From the NCBI GenBank assembly GCA_020637055.1, contig JACJWR010000001.1, forward strand, positions 101,237-165,236: a stretch of 64,000 nt of DNA. Reading direction: 5' to 3'. Of the stretch, positions 27,069 through 36,497 are shown piece after piece. Below the pieces are notes generated by a model. That model made no database searches and was not told where the DNA came from. It worked only from the letters and a program-made list of their open reading frames with translations. The stretch comes from Actinomycetota bacterium. Its GTDB lineage: Bacteria > Actinomycetota > Actinomycetes > S36-B12 > UBA10799. The translations under genes were made by a program, and so were the position numbers. The number at the start of each line of letters is the position of its first letter. Within the stretch, counting starts at the first letter, position 1.

Positions 27069-27997
27069 CAGTCGTCCAAGGCGTCGAGTTGGCGGAGGAT
27101 GACTCCTTCGCGCAGCGCCCACGGGCAGAGCACGAGTTCGGGAACCTCGAAGATGTCCATGCAGGCTTCGGCGACCAACGCTCCGGCCACCAGTTGGGCC
27201 GACCGTCCCTGCGACACCCCGGGCAGCGCGGCGCGTTCGGCGGAGGTCATCGCCGCGATCCGGGGAAGCCAGTCCCCCAGGTCGTCGCGCTCCAGTGCAC
27301 GCCGGACGTACGGCCCCTGCGCCGAGGGCGCGGCACCGGTGATGCGGGCGAGTTGGCGGAAGGTCTTTGAGGTGGCGACGGCCATCTGCGGAGTGCCCAC
27401 GCGGCCGATCCGTCCCACCGCCGAGGCGACCTCGGTGCGCACGTGGCGGCGCAGGGCACGCACCTGATCCGGCTCGGGCGGGTCATCGGTGATGAATGCC
27501 CGGGTCAGCCGCCCGGCGCCGAGTTCGAGCGACAGGGCCTCATCGGGTTCCTCATCGGCACCGGCGGCGATCTCCAAGGAACCGCCGCCGATGTCGAACA
27601 CCAGCAGGGTGCCGCTGCTCCAACCGAACCAACGACGCACCGCGTGGAACGTCAGCCGGGCCTCGTCCTCGCCGCTGAGCAGTTGCAGCGTCACCCCGGT
27701 GGCCGCCGCGACCTGGTCGATCACCTCGGCACCGTTCGGCGCTCCACGGATGGCGGAGGTGGCGAAGCCGATGATCTGGGAAACGCCGGCATCTTCGCCG
27801 ATCCGCGTCGACTCGTCGATGAAGTCGATCAACCTCGCGACCGCCGCCGGCGCCACGGCGCCGGTGTCTGTGAGGTGTTCCGAAAGTCGGAGTTCGGTCT
27901 TCCGGGAGTGGGCCGGGACCGGCGCGCCGCCATGGCGGGCGTCGACGATGAGCAGATGGACCGTGTTCGATCCGACGTCGAGGACTCCAAGGCGCAC
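27068..27997 (-). CDS. ppx: Ppx/GppA family phosphatase (exopolyphosphatase-like)
   Basis: [45 protein letters not shown] 27997 chosen; the 250-aa ORF-track extension is antisense shadow of the neighbouring gene. Confidence 0.85.
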   Translation of the reverse strand: MRLGVLDVGSNTVHLLIVDARHGGAPVPAHSRKTELRLSEHLTDTGAVAPAAVARLIDFIDESTRIGEDAGVSQIIGFATSAIRGAPNGAEVIDQVAAATGVTLQLLSGEDEARLTFHAVRRWFGWSSGTLLVFDIGGGSLEIAAGADEEPDEALSLELGAGRLTRAFITDDPPEPDQVRALRRHVRTEVASAVGRIGRVGTPQMAVATSKTFRQLARITGAAPSAQGPYVRRALERDDLGDWLPRIAAMTSAERAALPGVSQGRSAQLVAGALVAEACMDIFEVPELVLCPWALREGVILRQLDALDD

Positions 27998-28003
27998 CCG
28001 ACA

Positions 28004-28009
28004 ACGGTA
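28004..28009 (-). promoter_or_regulatory. -10-like TACCGT 6 nt upstream of ppx GTG
   Basis: Minus strand reads gagTACCGTtgtcggGTG. Confidence 0.35.
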
Positions 28010-28023
28010 CTCGTTGCGAGCCC

Positions 28024-28029
28024 TACGCT
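28024..28029 (+). promoter_or_regulatory. -10-like TACGCT 7 nt upstream of GTG 28037
   Basis: Plus strand reads cccTACGCTgtacctcGTG. Confidence 0.35.
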
Positions 28030-28036
28030 GTACCTC

Positions 28037-28798
28037 GTGACCGAGGTCGACCTCAACTTCCCCCGCAGTTGGCTGGAATTCGCCGACCCGGACGAACCCA
28101 CCCGCCTGTTCCGCTGCGACACCACCTGGCTGGCGTCGCGCTGGCACTGCATCTTCGGCCGGGGTTGCCCGGGCATCTACGCAACCGCCCCGGACAACGG
28201 TTGCTGCACGCTCGGCGCACACTTCTCCGACGACGATGATCGCGGCCGGGTGCTGGCCTGGGCCGACGAACTGACCGCCGACGATTGGGCCCACTTCGAC
28301 GTCGGCCGGTCCGACGGCGTGGTGGGAACCGACGAGGACGGCGATGAGCAGACCCGCGTGCACGCCGGCGGATGCATCTTCCTCAATCCGCCGGGCTTCG
28401 CCGGCGGGGCCGGGTGCGCGCTGCATCACCTGGCCGGGCGGCGGGGCGTCGATCCGCAGGAGACCAAGCCGGAGGTCTGCTGGCAACTCCCGGTGCGGCG
28501 CGACTACGAGGAACGATCCTGGCCGGACGGTACCGAGTTGGAAGTTGTGGTGATCACCGAATACGACCGCCGCGGCTGGGGACCCGGCGGCCATGATCTG
28601 GACTGGTACTGCTCGGGTGCCACCGAAGCCCACACGGCACCGGAACCGGTGTACCGATCGGAGCGGGCGACGCTGGTGCGACTCATGGGGCAGGCCGGCT
28701 ACGACGAGTTGGTGCGCCTGCTCGAAGCCGGCCCGGACGTGCTGCCACACCCGGCGGATCCCCCCGGCGAAGCGGTTCAGGCCGACGTCGTGGCCTGA
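28037..28798 (+). CDS. Conserved actinobacterial Cys-rich protein (Rv0495c-like)
   Basis: [21 protein letters not shown]...[23 protein letters not shown]...GCCTLGAHF...GGCIFLN...GCALHH...EVCWQLP; divergent from ppx as in M. tuberculosis (from memory). Confidence 0.7.
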   Translation: MTEVDLNFPRSWLEFADPDEPTRLFRCDTTWLASRWHCIFGRGCPGIYATAPDNGCCTLGAHFSDDDDRGRVLAWADELTADDWAHFDVGRSDGVVGTDEDGDEQTRVHAGGCIFLNPPGFAGGAGCALHHLAGRRGVDPQETKPEVCWQLPVRRDYEERSWPDGTELEVVVITEYDRRGWGPGGHDLDWYCSGATEAHTAPEPVYRSERATLVRLMGQAGYDELVRLLEAGPDVLPHPADPPGEAVQADVVA

Positions 28799-28823
28799 CC
28801 CCGGGACTGTCGGAGAGACCGCC

Positions 28824-28829
28824 TACCCT
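28824..28829 (+). promoter_or_regulatory. -10-like TACCCT 7 nt upstream of radA GTG
   Basis: Plus strand reads gccTACCCTgcatggcGTG. Confidence 0.35.
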
Positions 28830-28836
28830 GCATGGC

Positions 28837-30243
28837 GTGGCCAAGAACACCTCCTCGTACGCCTGCGACGAATGCGGCGCGACCACCGTCAAGTGGCTGG
28901 GCCGCTGCCCGCAGTGCGGCGAGTTCGGCACCTTGACCGAGGTGCTCGACGCGCCGGCCGCGGCGCCGGGGTTGAAGGCCTCGGCGACCGGCACCGCACC
29001 CCGGAACCCGGCCGTGCCGGTACCGCAGGTGAACGCGACGGCGGCACCCGAGCGGCTGACGACCGGGGTGTCGGAGTTCGACCGGGTGATCGGCGGCGGG
29101 CTCGTGCCGGGCCAGGTGCTGCTGCTCAGCGGCGAACCGGGAGCCGGCAAGAGCACCCTGCTGCTCACGATCGCCGACTCGGTGGCGGAGACCACCGGGC
29201 GTCCCGTGCTGTACCTGTCCGGCGAGGAATCGGTGCAGCAGATCGCCGTGCGGGCGCGCCGGATCGCGGCCGACGATGACAACCTCCTCGTCGCCGACGA
29301 CACCGACCTCGCCCACGTGATCGGCCACATCGAGGCCAATTCCGACCCGGCCTTGGTGATCGTCGATTCGGTGCAGACCGTGGCGTCGGCGGAGGTGGAG
29401 GGTCGCGCCGGCGGTGTGGCCCAGGTGATGGCCGTGGCGCAGGCGCTCACGAGGGTGGCCAAATTGCGCGGAGTTCCGGTGATCCTGGTCGGGCAGGTGA
29501 CCAAAGACTCCACGGTCGCCGGGCCGCGGGCGCTCGAGCACATCGTCGACACCACCATCAGCCTCGACGGCGAGCGGCACACAGCTCTCCGCCTGCTGCG
29601 GACGGTGAAGAACCGCTACGGATCGCTGGAAGTGGCGGCCTTCGAACAGACCGAGGTCGGAATGCGCGAGGTGCTCGATCCCAGCACGCTCTTCCGCGGC
29701 GAGCGTGAGGCACCGGTGCCAGGGGTGTGCGTGACGGTGACGATGGAGGGCAACAGGGCCCTGCTGACAGAGGTGCAGGCGCTCGTGACGCCGAATCCCG
29801 CACCCAACCCGCGCAGAGCGGTGACCGGACTGGACAGTGCCCGGTCGGCGATGCTCATTGCCGTGACCGAACACACCTGCGGCAACAAACTCCACCAACA
29901 GGACGTGTTCCTGGCCACCGTGGGGGGAATCCGGCTGAGCGACCCGGCCGCGGATGTCGCCATCTGCTTGGCGTTGCTCTCGGCCACCGGCACCGGCCTC
30001 AGCCCGCTGGACCTCGCGATCATCGGCGAGGTGACGCTATCCGGCGACGTCCGACCGGTGCCGCAGCTTGGCGAGCGGGTGGCCGAGGCGATCCGGCTCG
30101 GCTATCGCAACCTGCTCGTACCGGCTGGGACGGGGAAGCGCGTCAATGGACGGGCCGAGGGCGGTCGACTGATCGAGGTGCGCACGCTCACCGAAGCCAT
30201 CGCCGCTTTCGATGCCCTGCAGCCAACGCGCCGCAGGAACTGA
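28837..30243 (+). CDS. radA: DNA repair protein RadA
   Basis: N-terminal zinc ribbon YACDECGATTVKWLGRCPQCGEFG, Walker A GEPGAGKST, KNRYG motif, Lon-like C-terminal domain. Confidence 0.95.
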   Translation: MAKNTSSYACDECGATTVKWLGRCPQCGEFGTLTEVLDAPAAAPGLKASATGTAPRNPAVPVPQVNATAAPERLTTGVSEFDRVIGGGLVPGQVLLLSGEPGAGKSTLLLTIADSVAETTGRPVLYLSGEESVQQIAVRARRIAADDDNLLVADDTDLAHVIGHIEANSDPALVIVDSVQTVASAEVEGRAGGVAQVMAVAQALTRVAKLRGVPVILVGQVTKDSTVAGPRALEHIVDTTISLDGERHTALRLLRTVKNRYGSLEVAAFEQTEVGMREVLDPSTLFRGEREAPVPGVCVTVTMEGNRALLTEVQALVTPNPAPNPRRAVTGLDSARSAMLIAVTEHTCGNKLHQQDVFLATVGGIRLSDPAADVAICLALLSATGTGLSPLDLAIIGEVTLSGDVRPVPQLGERVAEAIRLGYRNLLVPAGTGKRVNGRAEGGRLIEVRTLTEAIAAFDALQPTRRRN

Positions 30244-30265
30244 ACCACCTGAGCGGCAGGGTCCC

Positions 30266-30919
30266 CTATTGGCTGAGGGCGAAGTTGGCGGAGGTCCCGA
30301 TAGCCGTTCCGTTGGCGCCGGCCACTGTGTAGCTGCCGGGCTGGGCCGGCTGCTGCGGCGAAGGACAACCCGGCGAGGTCAAGATCGCCGGCCAGGTGGC
30401 TTGGACCATGAACGCCTGGCCCGGTGGGATGGTCTCCACCTGAGACGGACCGCCCGGGTTGCAGTCGTCCGAGGACCACACCCGGTAGCCCCCGGAAGTG
30501 ATCAGGAACTCGTTCGCCACCGGCCCGACGTCGCGGGTGCAGGGAGTCTCGGAGACGTTGCCGATCGTCATCGACACCGTCACCGGCTGGCCCACTCGCG
30601 GATCCGCAGTGTCCACCTTGGTCTCGATGCTGAGGTCACTGTCCGCGCATTCAACGACCGCTGTGCTCGACGGCGAGGCACTCGGACTGGCGCTGGCGCT
30701 GGCACTCGCGGACGGCGATGCCGATGGTCCGCTCGCCGAGGGCGAAGGCTCGGCCGAGTTGGCGTCGGCCGGCGCTGCGGCAGGGGTCGGATCCCCTCCG
30801 GACGGCCACAGCACGACCACCAGAATGATCGCAAGCACCACTGCCACGGCGACAGCGGCCCGCCGCCGCCAGTACACCGCCGACGGCTCCGGCCCGACCG
30901 GCTTCAACAGACTATCCAC
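30266..30919 (-). CDS. Membrane-anchored protein with Ser/Pro/Ala linker and Cys-containing extracytoplasmic domain (Rv3587c-like)
   Basis: Single TM AAVAVAVVLAIILVVVLW, SPSASGPSASPSASASASASPSASPSS linker, four Cys in the C-terminal domain; sits between radA and mutY. Confidence 0.7.
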   Translation of the reverse strand: MDSLLKPVGPEPSAVYWRRRAAVAVAVVLAIILVVVLWPSGGDPTPAAAPADANSAEPSPSASGPSASPSASASASASPSASPSSTAVVECADSDLSIETKVDTADPRVGQPVTVSMTIGNVSETPCTRDVGPVANEFLITSGGYRVWSSDDCNPGGPSQVETIPPGQAFMVQATWPAILTSPGCPSPQQPAQPGSYTVAGANGTAIGTSANFALSQ

Positions 30920-30981
30920 GCCTCACAGGGTAACCCGCCGGTTTCGCGCCACCGGAGGACACATGCGAGCATCGTCGAATC

Positions 30982-31851
30982 ATGTCGAGCACCTCCGATC
31001 CGCACTCCCGACTGCTCGCCTGGTTTGCCGAGAACCGCCGGGATCTGCCGTGGCGGCAGTCATCGGACCCGTGGGGGGTGCTCGTCTCCGAGGTGATGTT
31101 GGCCCAGACTCCGGTGGCCCGAGTCGAGCCGGTGTGGCGGGCCTGGATGGATCGTTGGCCGGAGCCGGCCGATCTCGCCGCCGAGCCTGCGGCCGAGGCC
31201 ATCAAAGCCTGGGGCCGGCTCGGGTATCCACGCCGGGCTCTTCGACTGCACGAAGCCGCCGGGATCATCGTCGAACAGTACGGCGGCGAGGTGCCCGATG
31301 ACTACGACCGGCTCATCGCGCTGCCCGGGGTGGGCGACTACACCGCCGCCGCAGTGGTGAGTTTCGCCTTCGGCGGCCGGGCCACCGTGCTCGACGTCAA
31401 CGTCCGACGGTTCTACGCCCGCTACTTCGACGGCCAACCAGCTCCGGCCACCCACCTCACTGCGGCCGAACGTCGGCGGGCTGCGGAGATCGTGCCCGAC
31501 CGCGATCCGGCGCTTTGGGCTGGCGCCACCATGGAATTCGGCCAACTGGTCTGCACCGCAAGGGCACCGAAGTGCGAGTCATGTTGTGTGGCCGACGACT
31601 GCCGTTGGCTGGCCCGCGGACGCCCCGACTCCCACCTTCGCACCACCCGACCACAGGGTTTCGCCGGGACCGATCGGCAGGTCCGCGGACTGATCGTGGA
31701 CCTATTGCGCGCCGGTCCCGCGCCGCAGGAGGCCGTCGACCTGCTGTGGGCGGATCGAATCCAGTTGGCCCGGGCGCTGGACTCGCTGGTCGCCGACGGG
31801 TTGGTGGATCCGGTCGGGCAGGGGCGGTATGCGTTGCCGGGGGATGGTTGA
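30982..31851 (+). CDS. mutY: A/G-specific adenine DNA glycosylase
   Basis: LPWRQSSDPWGVLVSEVMLAQT, HhH-GPD LPGVGDYTAAAV, 4Fe-4S CTARAPKCESCCVADDC. Confidence 0.92.
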   Translation: MSSTSDPHSRLLAWFAENRRDLPWRQSSDPWGVLVSEVMLAQTPVARVEPVWRAWMDRWPEPADLAAEPAAEAIKAWGRLGYPRRALRLHEAAGIIVEQYGGEVPDDYDRLIALPGVGDYTAAAVVSFAFGGRATVLDVNVRRFYARYFDGQPAPATHLTAAERRRAAEIVPDRDPALWAGATMEFGQLVCTARAPKCESCCVADDCRWLARGRPDSHLRTTRPQGFAGTDRQVRGLIVDLLRAGPAPQEAVDLLWADRIQLARALDSLVADGLVDPVGQGRYALPGDG

Positions 31852-31864
31852 GGGGTCTCCCGGC

Positions 31865-31900
31865 ACCGGCGTCCCCGGTACCGGCGTCCCCGGTACCGGC
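31865..31900 (+). repeat. 15-nt tandem repeat ACCGGCGTCCCCGGT x2.4
   Basis: Exact units at 31865-31879 and 31880-31894, partial 31895-31900; each unit is itself a 5-bp/5-nt hairpin; junctions form CCGGTACCGG. Confidence 0.85.
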
Positions 31901-31904
31901 CTGC

Positions 31905-31992
31905 GGTGGTGGGGTGTGGTGGGGCCTCTTCCGTGGGTGGGCGGGGTGCGGGTCCGTGGGTTTTTCTGACGGCCCCACCACACCCCACCACC
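31905..31992 (+). repeat. Long-loop hairpin element, copy C
   Basis: Perfect 22-bp arms GGTGGTGGGGTGTGGTGGGGCC (31905-31926) / GGCCCCACCACACCCCACCACC (31971-31992), 44-nt core. The core shares TCCGTGGG, GCGGNGTGCG, TTTTC and ACGGC blocks with cores A/B. Confidence 0.75.
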
Positions 31993-32011
31993 TCCGGTCG
32001 GAAGCAGGGCG

Positions 32012-32037
32012 GTGGGTTTTCTGACGGCCCCACCACC
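32012..32037 (+). repeat. Partial duplicate of the 3' part of copy C
   Basis: GTGGGTTTTCTGACGGCCCCACCAC repeats 31956-31981 with one T fewer. Confidence 0.75.
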
Positions 32038-32050
32038 TGCGGGCGGGGGG

Positions 32051-34552
32051 CTAGTCCGTGGTGCCCTCGGCGACGATGGGTGGGACGTCGGCGATCTCGG
32101 CCTTGTCTTCGCCGGCGAAGGTGAACGTGGCGTCGTCGCCCTCGCCCTCCACACCGACCACGACGATCTGCCCTGGTCGGAGCTCGCCGAACAGGATCTT
32201 CTCGCTGAGGGCGTCTTCGATCTCCCGCTGGATGGTCCGCCGCAGTGGCCGGGCCCCGAGCACCGGGTCGTAGCCGCGCTGGGCGAGCAGTTCCTTGGCC
32301 GGCTGGGTCAACTCGATACCCATGTCCTTGTCCCGCAGGCGCTCATCGAGGCGGGCCAGCATGAGGTCGACGATCTCGACGATCTCCGCCTGGCTCAACT
32401 GGTGGAAGACGATGATGTCGTCGATCCGGTTGAGGAACTCGGGCCGGAAGTGCGCCTTCAACTCGTCGTTGACCTTCGCCTTCATGCGCTCATACGACGT
32501 CTTGGTGTCGTCGGCGTTGGCGAACCCGAGGTTCAGGCCCTTCGCGATGTCCCTGGTTCCCAGGTTCGTGGTCATGATGATCACGGTGTTCTTGAAGTCG
32601 ACCATGCGACCCTGTGAGTCGGTGAGTCGGCCGTCTTCAAGAATTTGCAGCAGCGAGTTGAAGATGTCCGGGTGGGCCTTCTCGACCTCGTCGAAGAGCA
32701 CCACCGAGAAGGGCTTGCGGCGCACCTTCTCGGTCAACTGGCCGCCCTCTTCATATCCGACGTAGCCGGGGGGCGAGCCGAACAGCCGCGACACCGTGTG
32801 CTTCTCGGAGTACTCGCTCATGTCCAAGGCGATGAGCGCGTCCTCGTCGCCGAAGAGGAACTCGGCGAGGGTCTTGCTCAACTCGGTCTTACCGACCCCG
32901 GAGGGTCCGGCGAAGATGAACGAGCCGCCGGGGCGCTTGGGATCCTTCAGACCGGCCCGGGTGCGGCGGATGGCCTGCGACAGTGCGTGGATCGCCTGCT
33001 CCTGCCCGATCACCCGCTTGTGGAGTTCGGTCTCCATGCGCAGCAGCCGCTGGGACTCCTCCTCGGTCAACTTGAACACCGGGATCCCGGTGGCCGTGGC
33101 GAGAACTTCCGCGATGAGTTCCTCATCCACTTCGGCGACGACGTCGAGGTCGCCGGCCTTCCACTCCTTCTCGCGCTCGGCCTTCTCGGCCATCAGCGTC
33201 TTCTCGTCGTCGCGCAGCCTGGCCGCCTTCTCGAAGTCCTGCGCATCGATCGCCGACTCCTTGTCTCGGCGCACATTGGCGATCCGGTCGTCGAACTCGC
33301 GCAGGTCCGGCGGCGCCGTCATGCGGCGGATCCGCAGTCGCGAACCGGCTTCGTCGATCAGATCGATGGCCTTGTCCGGCAGGTAGCGGTCGTTGATATA
33401 GCGGTCGGCCATGGTGGCAGCACCCACCAGCGCTGCATCGGTGATGGTCACCTTGTGGTGCGATTCGTAGCGGTCGCGCAGGCCCTTGAGGATCTCGATG
33501 GTGTGGGCGAGCGACGGCTCGTTGACCTGGATGGGCTGGAACCGACGTTCCAGCGCGGCGTCCTTCTCGACGTACTTGCGGTATTCGTCCAGCGTGGTCG
33601 CGCCGATGGTCTGCAGCTCGCCGCGAGCCAACATCGGCTTGAGGATGCTGGCGGCGTCGATGGCACCCTCGGCGGCACCGGCGCCCACCAGGGTGTGCAT
33701 CTCGTCGATGAACAGGATCACGTCGCCGCGTGTGCGGATCTCCTTGAGGACTTTCTTGAGCCGCTCCTCGAAGTCGCCGCGGTAGCGCGAACCGGCCACC
33801 AACGACCCGAGGTCGAGGGTGTACAGCTGCTTGTCCTTGAGGGTTTCCGGCACCTCGTTGCGCACGATCATCTGGGCCAGACCCTCGACCACCGCGGTCT
33901 TTCCCACGCCGGGCTCACCGATGAGCACCGGGTTGTTCTTGGTGCGGCGGCTGAGCACCTGCATGACCCGTTCGATCTCTTTCTCACGACCGATGACGGG
34001 ATCGAGTTTGCTCTCTCTTGCGGCCTGGGTGAGGTTGCGGCCGAACTGGTCGAGCACCAGCGAGGTGCTTGGCGTGCCCTCCTGCGGAGCACCTGCCGCC
34101 GCCGGTTCTTTGCCCTGGTAGCCCGCGAGCAATTGGATGACCTGCTGGCGCACCCGGTTGAGATCGGCGCCGAGTTTGACCAGCACCTGGGCGGCGACAC
34201 CTTCACCCTCGCGGATGAGCCCGAGCAGGATGTGCTCGGTGCCGATGTAGTTGTGTCCGAGTTGCAGCGCTTCCCGCAGGGAGAGTTCGAGCACCTTCTT
34301 GGCACGCGGGGTGAACGGGATGTGTCCGCTGGGTGCCTGCTGGCCCTGGCCGATGATCTCCTCGACCTGGCTGCGCACCGCCTCCAGCGAGATGCCCAAC
34401 GACTCCAGCGCCTTGGCCGCGACCCCTTCGCCCTCGTGAATCAGACCGAGCAGGATGTGTTCGGTGCCGATGTAGTTGTGGTTGAGCATGCGCGCCTCTT
34501 CCTGGGCGAGCACGACAACTCGGCGAGCGCGGTCGGTAAACCGTTCGAACAT
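32051..34552 (-). CDS. clpC: ATP-dependent Clp protease ATP-binding subunit ClpC
   Basis: [37 protein letters not shown], two AAA+ modules ([16 protein letters not shown]), UVR-like middle region. Confidence 0.97.
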   Translation of the reverse strand: MFERFTDRARRVVVLAQEEARMLNHNYIGTEHILLGLIHEGEGVAAKALESLGISLEAVRSQVEEIIGQGQQAPSGHIPFTPRAKKVLELSLREALQLGHNYIGTEHILLGLIREGEGVAAQVLVKLGADLNRVRQQVIQLLAGYQGKEPAAAGAPQEGTPSTSLVLDQFGRNLTQAARESKLDPVIGREKEIERVMQVLSRRTKNNPVLIGEPGVGKTAVVEGLAQMIVRNEVPETLKDKQLYTLDLGSLVAGSRYRGDFEERLKKVLKEIRTRGDVILFIDEMHTLVGAGAAEGAIDAASILKPMLARGELQTIGATTLDEYRKYVEKDAALERRFQPIQVNEPSLAHTIEILKGLRDRYESHHKVTITDAALVGAATMADRYINDRYLPDKAIDLIDEAGSRLRIRRMTAPPDLREFDDRIANVRRDKESAIDAQDFEKAARLRDDEKTLMAEKAEREKEWKAGDLDVVAEVDEELIAEVLATATGIPVFKLTEEESQRLLRMETELHKRVIGQEQAIHALSQAIRRTRAGLKDPKRPGGSFIFAGPSGVGKTELSKTLAEFLFGDEDALIALDMSEYSEKHTVSRLFGSPPGYVGYEEGGQLTEKVRRKPFSVVLFDEVEKAHPDIFNSLLQILEDGRLTDSQGRMVDFKNTVIIMTTNLGTRDIAKGLNLGFANADDTKTSYERMKAKVNDELKAHFRPEFLNRIDDIIVFHQLSQAEIVEIVDLMLARLDERLRDKDMGIELTQPAKELLAQRGYDPVLGARPLRRTIQREIEDALSEKILFGELRPGQIVVVGVEGEGDDATFTFAGEDKAEIADVPPIVAEGTTD

Positions 34553-34575
34553 TCGCTGCTCCTATGTTCGTTTCG

Positions 34576-34599
34576 GCCCGCCTCAGGTGGCCGGCGGGC
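34576..34599 (-). promoter_or_regulatory. Stem-loop in the clpC 5' leader just upstream of the RBS
   Basis: GCCCGCC (34576-34582) pairs with GGCGGGC (34593-34599), 10-nt loop; AGGAG RBS lies between it and ATG 34552. Confidence 0.3.
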
Positions 34600-34848
34600 T
34601 CTTGAGAGAGACTGTAAACCCTCCCGAGGGCTCCAGCATCGCCCCCACAACGCGGCGGGTCCACCCCACGCTTCCCGGATTCGCCCACGGTGAACGCCGC
34701 CGCGGGCGAGCAGGCGAACGGCACCTGGGCAGTGGTGGACGTGCCCGCGCCGGGAGGGGCAGCCCGGATGCGGGCCTTCCACGGGGCATCGGCGCCGGAA
34801 TCGCGGCAGGATGGCACCGCAACCTCGACACCCTGCGAGAGGCCTGAG

Positions 34849-36483
34849 ATGACGAACCCCACCCGCGCCGGATCACCCGCCGATTCCTCCGACTTGATCG
34901 ATGTGGCCCGGCTGATCACCGACTACTACACCCTGCATCCCGATCCCGACGATCCCATGCAGCAGGTGTTGTTCGGCACCAGCGGGCACCGTGGGTCGGC
35001 CTCGGATGCCGCCTTCAACGACGACCACATCGCCGCCACCACCCAGGCGATCTGCGACTACCGGACGGCGCAGGGCTACACGGGTCCGCTGTTCCTCGGC
35101 CGGGATACCCACGCCTTGAGCGAACCCGCCCACGCCACTGCCCTCGAGGTGCTGGCCGCCAACGGGGTGACCACCCTGGTCGATTCCGCCGACGGCTATG
35201 TGCCCACCCCCGCCCTCTCCCTGGCCATCCTGACCCACAACGCGGGCCGGGAGTCCGGCTTGGCGGACGGGATCGTCATCACTCCGAGCCACAATCCACC
35301 ACGGGATGGTGGGTTCAAGTACAACCCGCCGAACGGCGGACCGGCCGACACGGACGTTACGAAGTGGATCCAGGACCGGGCCAACGCGATCCTGGCCGCC
35401 GGCGGTGAGGGGATCCAGCGGATACCGCTGGGGCGGGCGAAAACAGCCGACACCACCGGCAGCTACGACTTCATGGATGCCTACGTCTCCGCCCTGGACA
35501 CGATCCTGGACATGGCCGCCATCCGGGACGTCAAGATCGGCGCCGATCCGCTGGGCGGCGCCAGCGTCGCCTATTGGGGTGCCATCGCCGATCGGTACGA
35601 CCTCGACCTCACCGTGGTCAATCCGCTCGTGGACGCGACCTTCCGCTTCATGACCCTGGACTGGGACGGCAAGATCCGGATGGACTGTTCCTCACCGAAC
35701 GCGATGGCCTCACTGGTGGACAAGCGCACCCATTTCGACATCGCCACCGGCAACGACACCGACTCCGACCGGCACGGAATCGTCACCCCCGACGGCGGCC
35801 TGATGAACCCGAACCACTTCCTCTCGGTGGCGATCGAGTACCTGTACTCGAATCGCTCCGGCTGGTCCCCCGATGCCGGCGTCGGCAAGACGCTGGTGAG
35901 TTCGTCGATGATCGACCGGGTCACCGCCGGACTAGGGCGACGGCTGGTGGAAGTGCCGGTGGGGTTCAAGTGGTTCGTGCCCGGCCTGATCGACGGCAGC
36001 ATCGGCTTCGGCGGCGAGGAGTCGGCGGGTGCCTCGTTCCTGCGCCTCGACGGCTCCGTGTGGACCACCGACAAGGACGGCATCATCCTGGCGCTGCTCG
36101 CCTCGGAGATCCGGGCTCGCACCGGCTCCAGCCCGAGTGAGCACTACCGGCGGCTGACGCAGTCGTACGGGGATCCGGTCTACGCCCGGGTGGACGCACC
36201 GGCGAGCCGGGCGCAGAAGGCGAAACTGGCCAACCTCACCCCGAGCGACGTCAGTTCCACCGAACTCGCCGGCGAACCGATCACGGCGATCCTCACCCGG
36301 GCACCGGGCAACGACGCCCCCATCGGTGGTTTGAAGGTGACCACGGAGAACGGTTGGTTCGCAGCCCGCCCCTCCGGCACCGAGGACGTGTACAAGATCT
36401 ATGCCGAGAGTTTCAAAGGTCCCGACCACCTCGCCGAGATCCAGGAATCGGCCAAGGAAGTGGTGGCCGCAGCGCTGGCCTAA
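34849..36483 (+). CDS. pgm: Phosphoglucomutase, alpha-D-glucose phosphate-specific
   Basis: FGTSGHRG active-site Ser loop, [28 protein letters not shown] metal loop, [10 protein letters not shown]. Start ATG 34849 gives 544 aa with a GAGAGG RBS. Confidence 0.93.
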   Translation: MTNPTRAGSPADSSDLIDVARLITDYYTLHPDPDDPMQQVLFGTSGHRGSASDAAFNDDHIAATTQAICDYRTAQGYTGPLFLGRDTHALSEPAHATALEVLAANGVTTLVDSADGYVPTPALSLAILTHNAGRESGLADGIVITPSHNPPRDGGFKYNPPNGGPADTDVTKWIQDRANAILAAGGEGIQRIPLGRAKTADTTGSYDFMDAYVSALDTILDMAAIRDVKIGADPLGGASVAYWGAIADRYDLDLTVVNPLVDATFRFMTLDWDGKIRMDCSSPNAMASLVDKRTHFDIATGNDTDSDRHGIVTPDGGLMNPNHFLSVAIEYLYSNRSGWSPDAGVGKTLVSSSMIDRVTAGLGRRLVEVPVGFKWFVPGLIDGSIGFGGEESAGASFLRLDGSVWTTDKDGIILALLASEIRARTGSSPSEHYRRLTQSYGDPVYARVDAPASRAQKAKLANLTPSDVSSTELAGEPITAILTRAPGNDAPIGGLKVTTENGWFAARPSGTEDVYKIYAESFKGPDHLAEIQESAKEVVAAALA

Positions 36484-36497
36484 CCAGCCTTGTCCCG

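Noticed and set aside
27068-28798. Full-length ORF-track versions of 27068..28750 (-) and 27443..28798 (+) as 560- and 451-aa proteins
   Set aside because: The two overlap almost completely on opposite strands. Only the C-terminal 310 aa (Ppx/GppA) and 253 aa (Cys-rich protein) look like real protein, so the starts were moved to GTG 27997 and GTG 28037.
30640-30800. GC-rich short-period DNA repetition (gcgctggcgctggcactcgc...) as a tandem repeat or CRISPR-like array
   Set aside because: It lies inside the coding sequence and simply encodes the SPSASGPSASPSASASASASPSASPSS linker. It has no spacer/repeat organisation.
32645-34693. 682-aa ORF antisense to clpC; also 38097..40997 (+), 46138..48225 (+), 53632..56073 (+), 60288..62219 (-)
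   Set aside because: All lie opposite highly recognisable genes (clpC, nadB/nadC, the GGDEF/SBP genes, ftsH, ggt) and have shadow-type composition.
34553-34848. ClgR-type operator upstream of clpC (ATTCGCC-CAC-GGTGAAC and GCGAGCAGGCGAAC)
   Set aside because: They are only imperfect matches to the CGC-N5-GCG palindrome I recall for ClgR. This is not strong enough to call without a motif scan.
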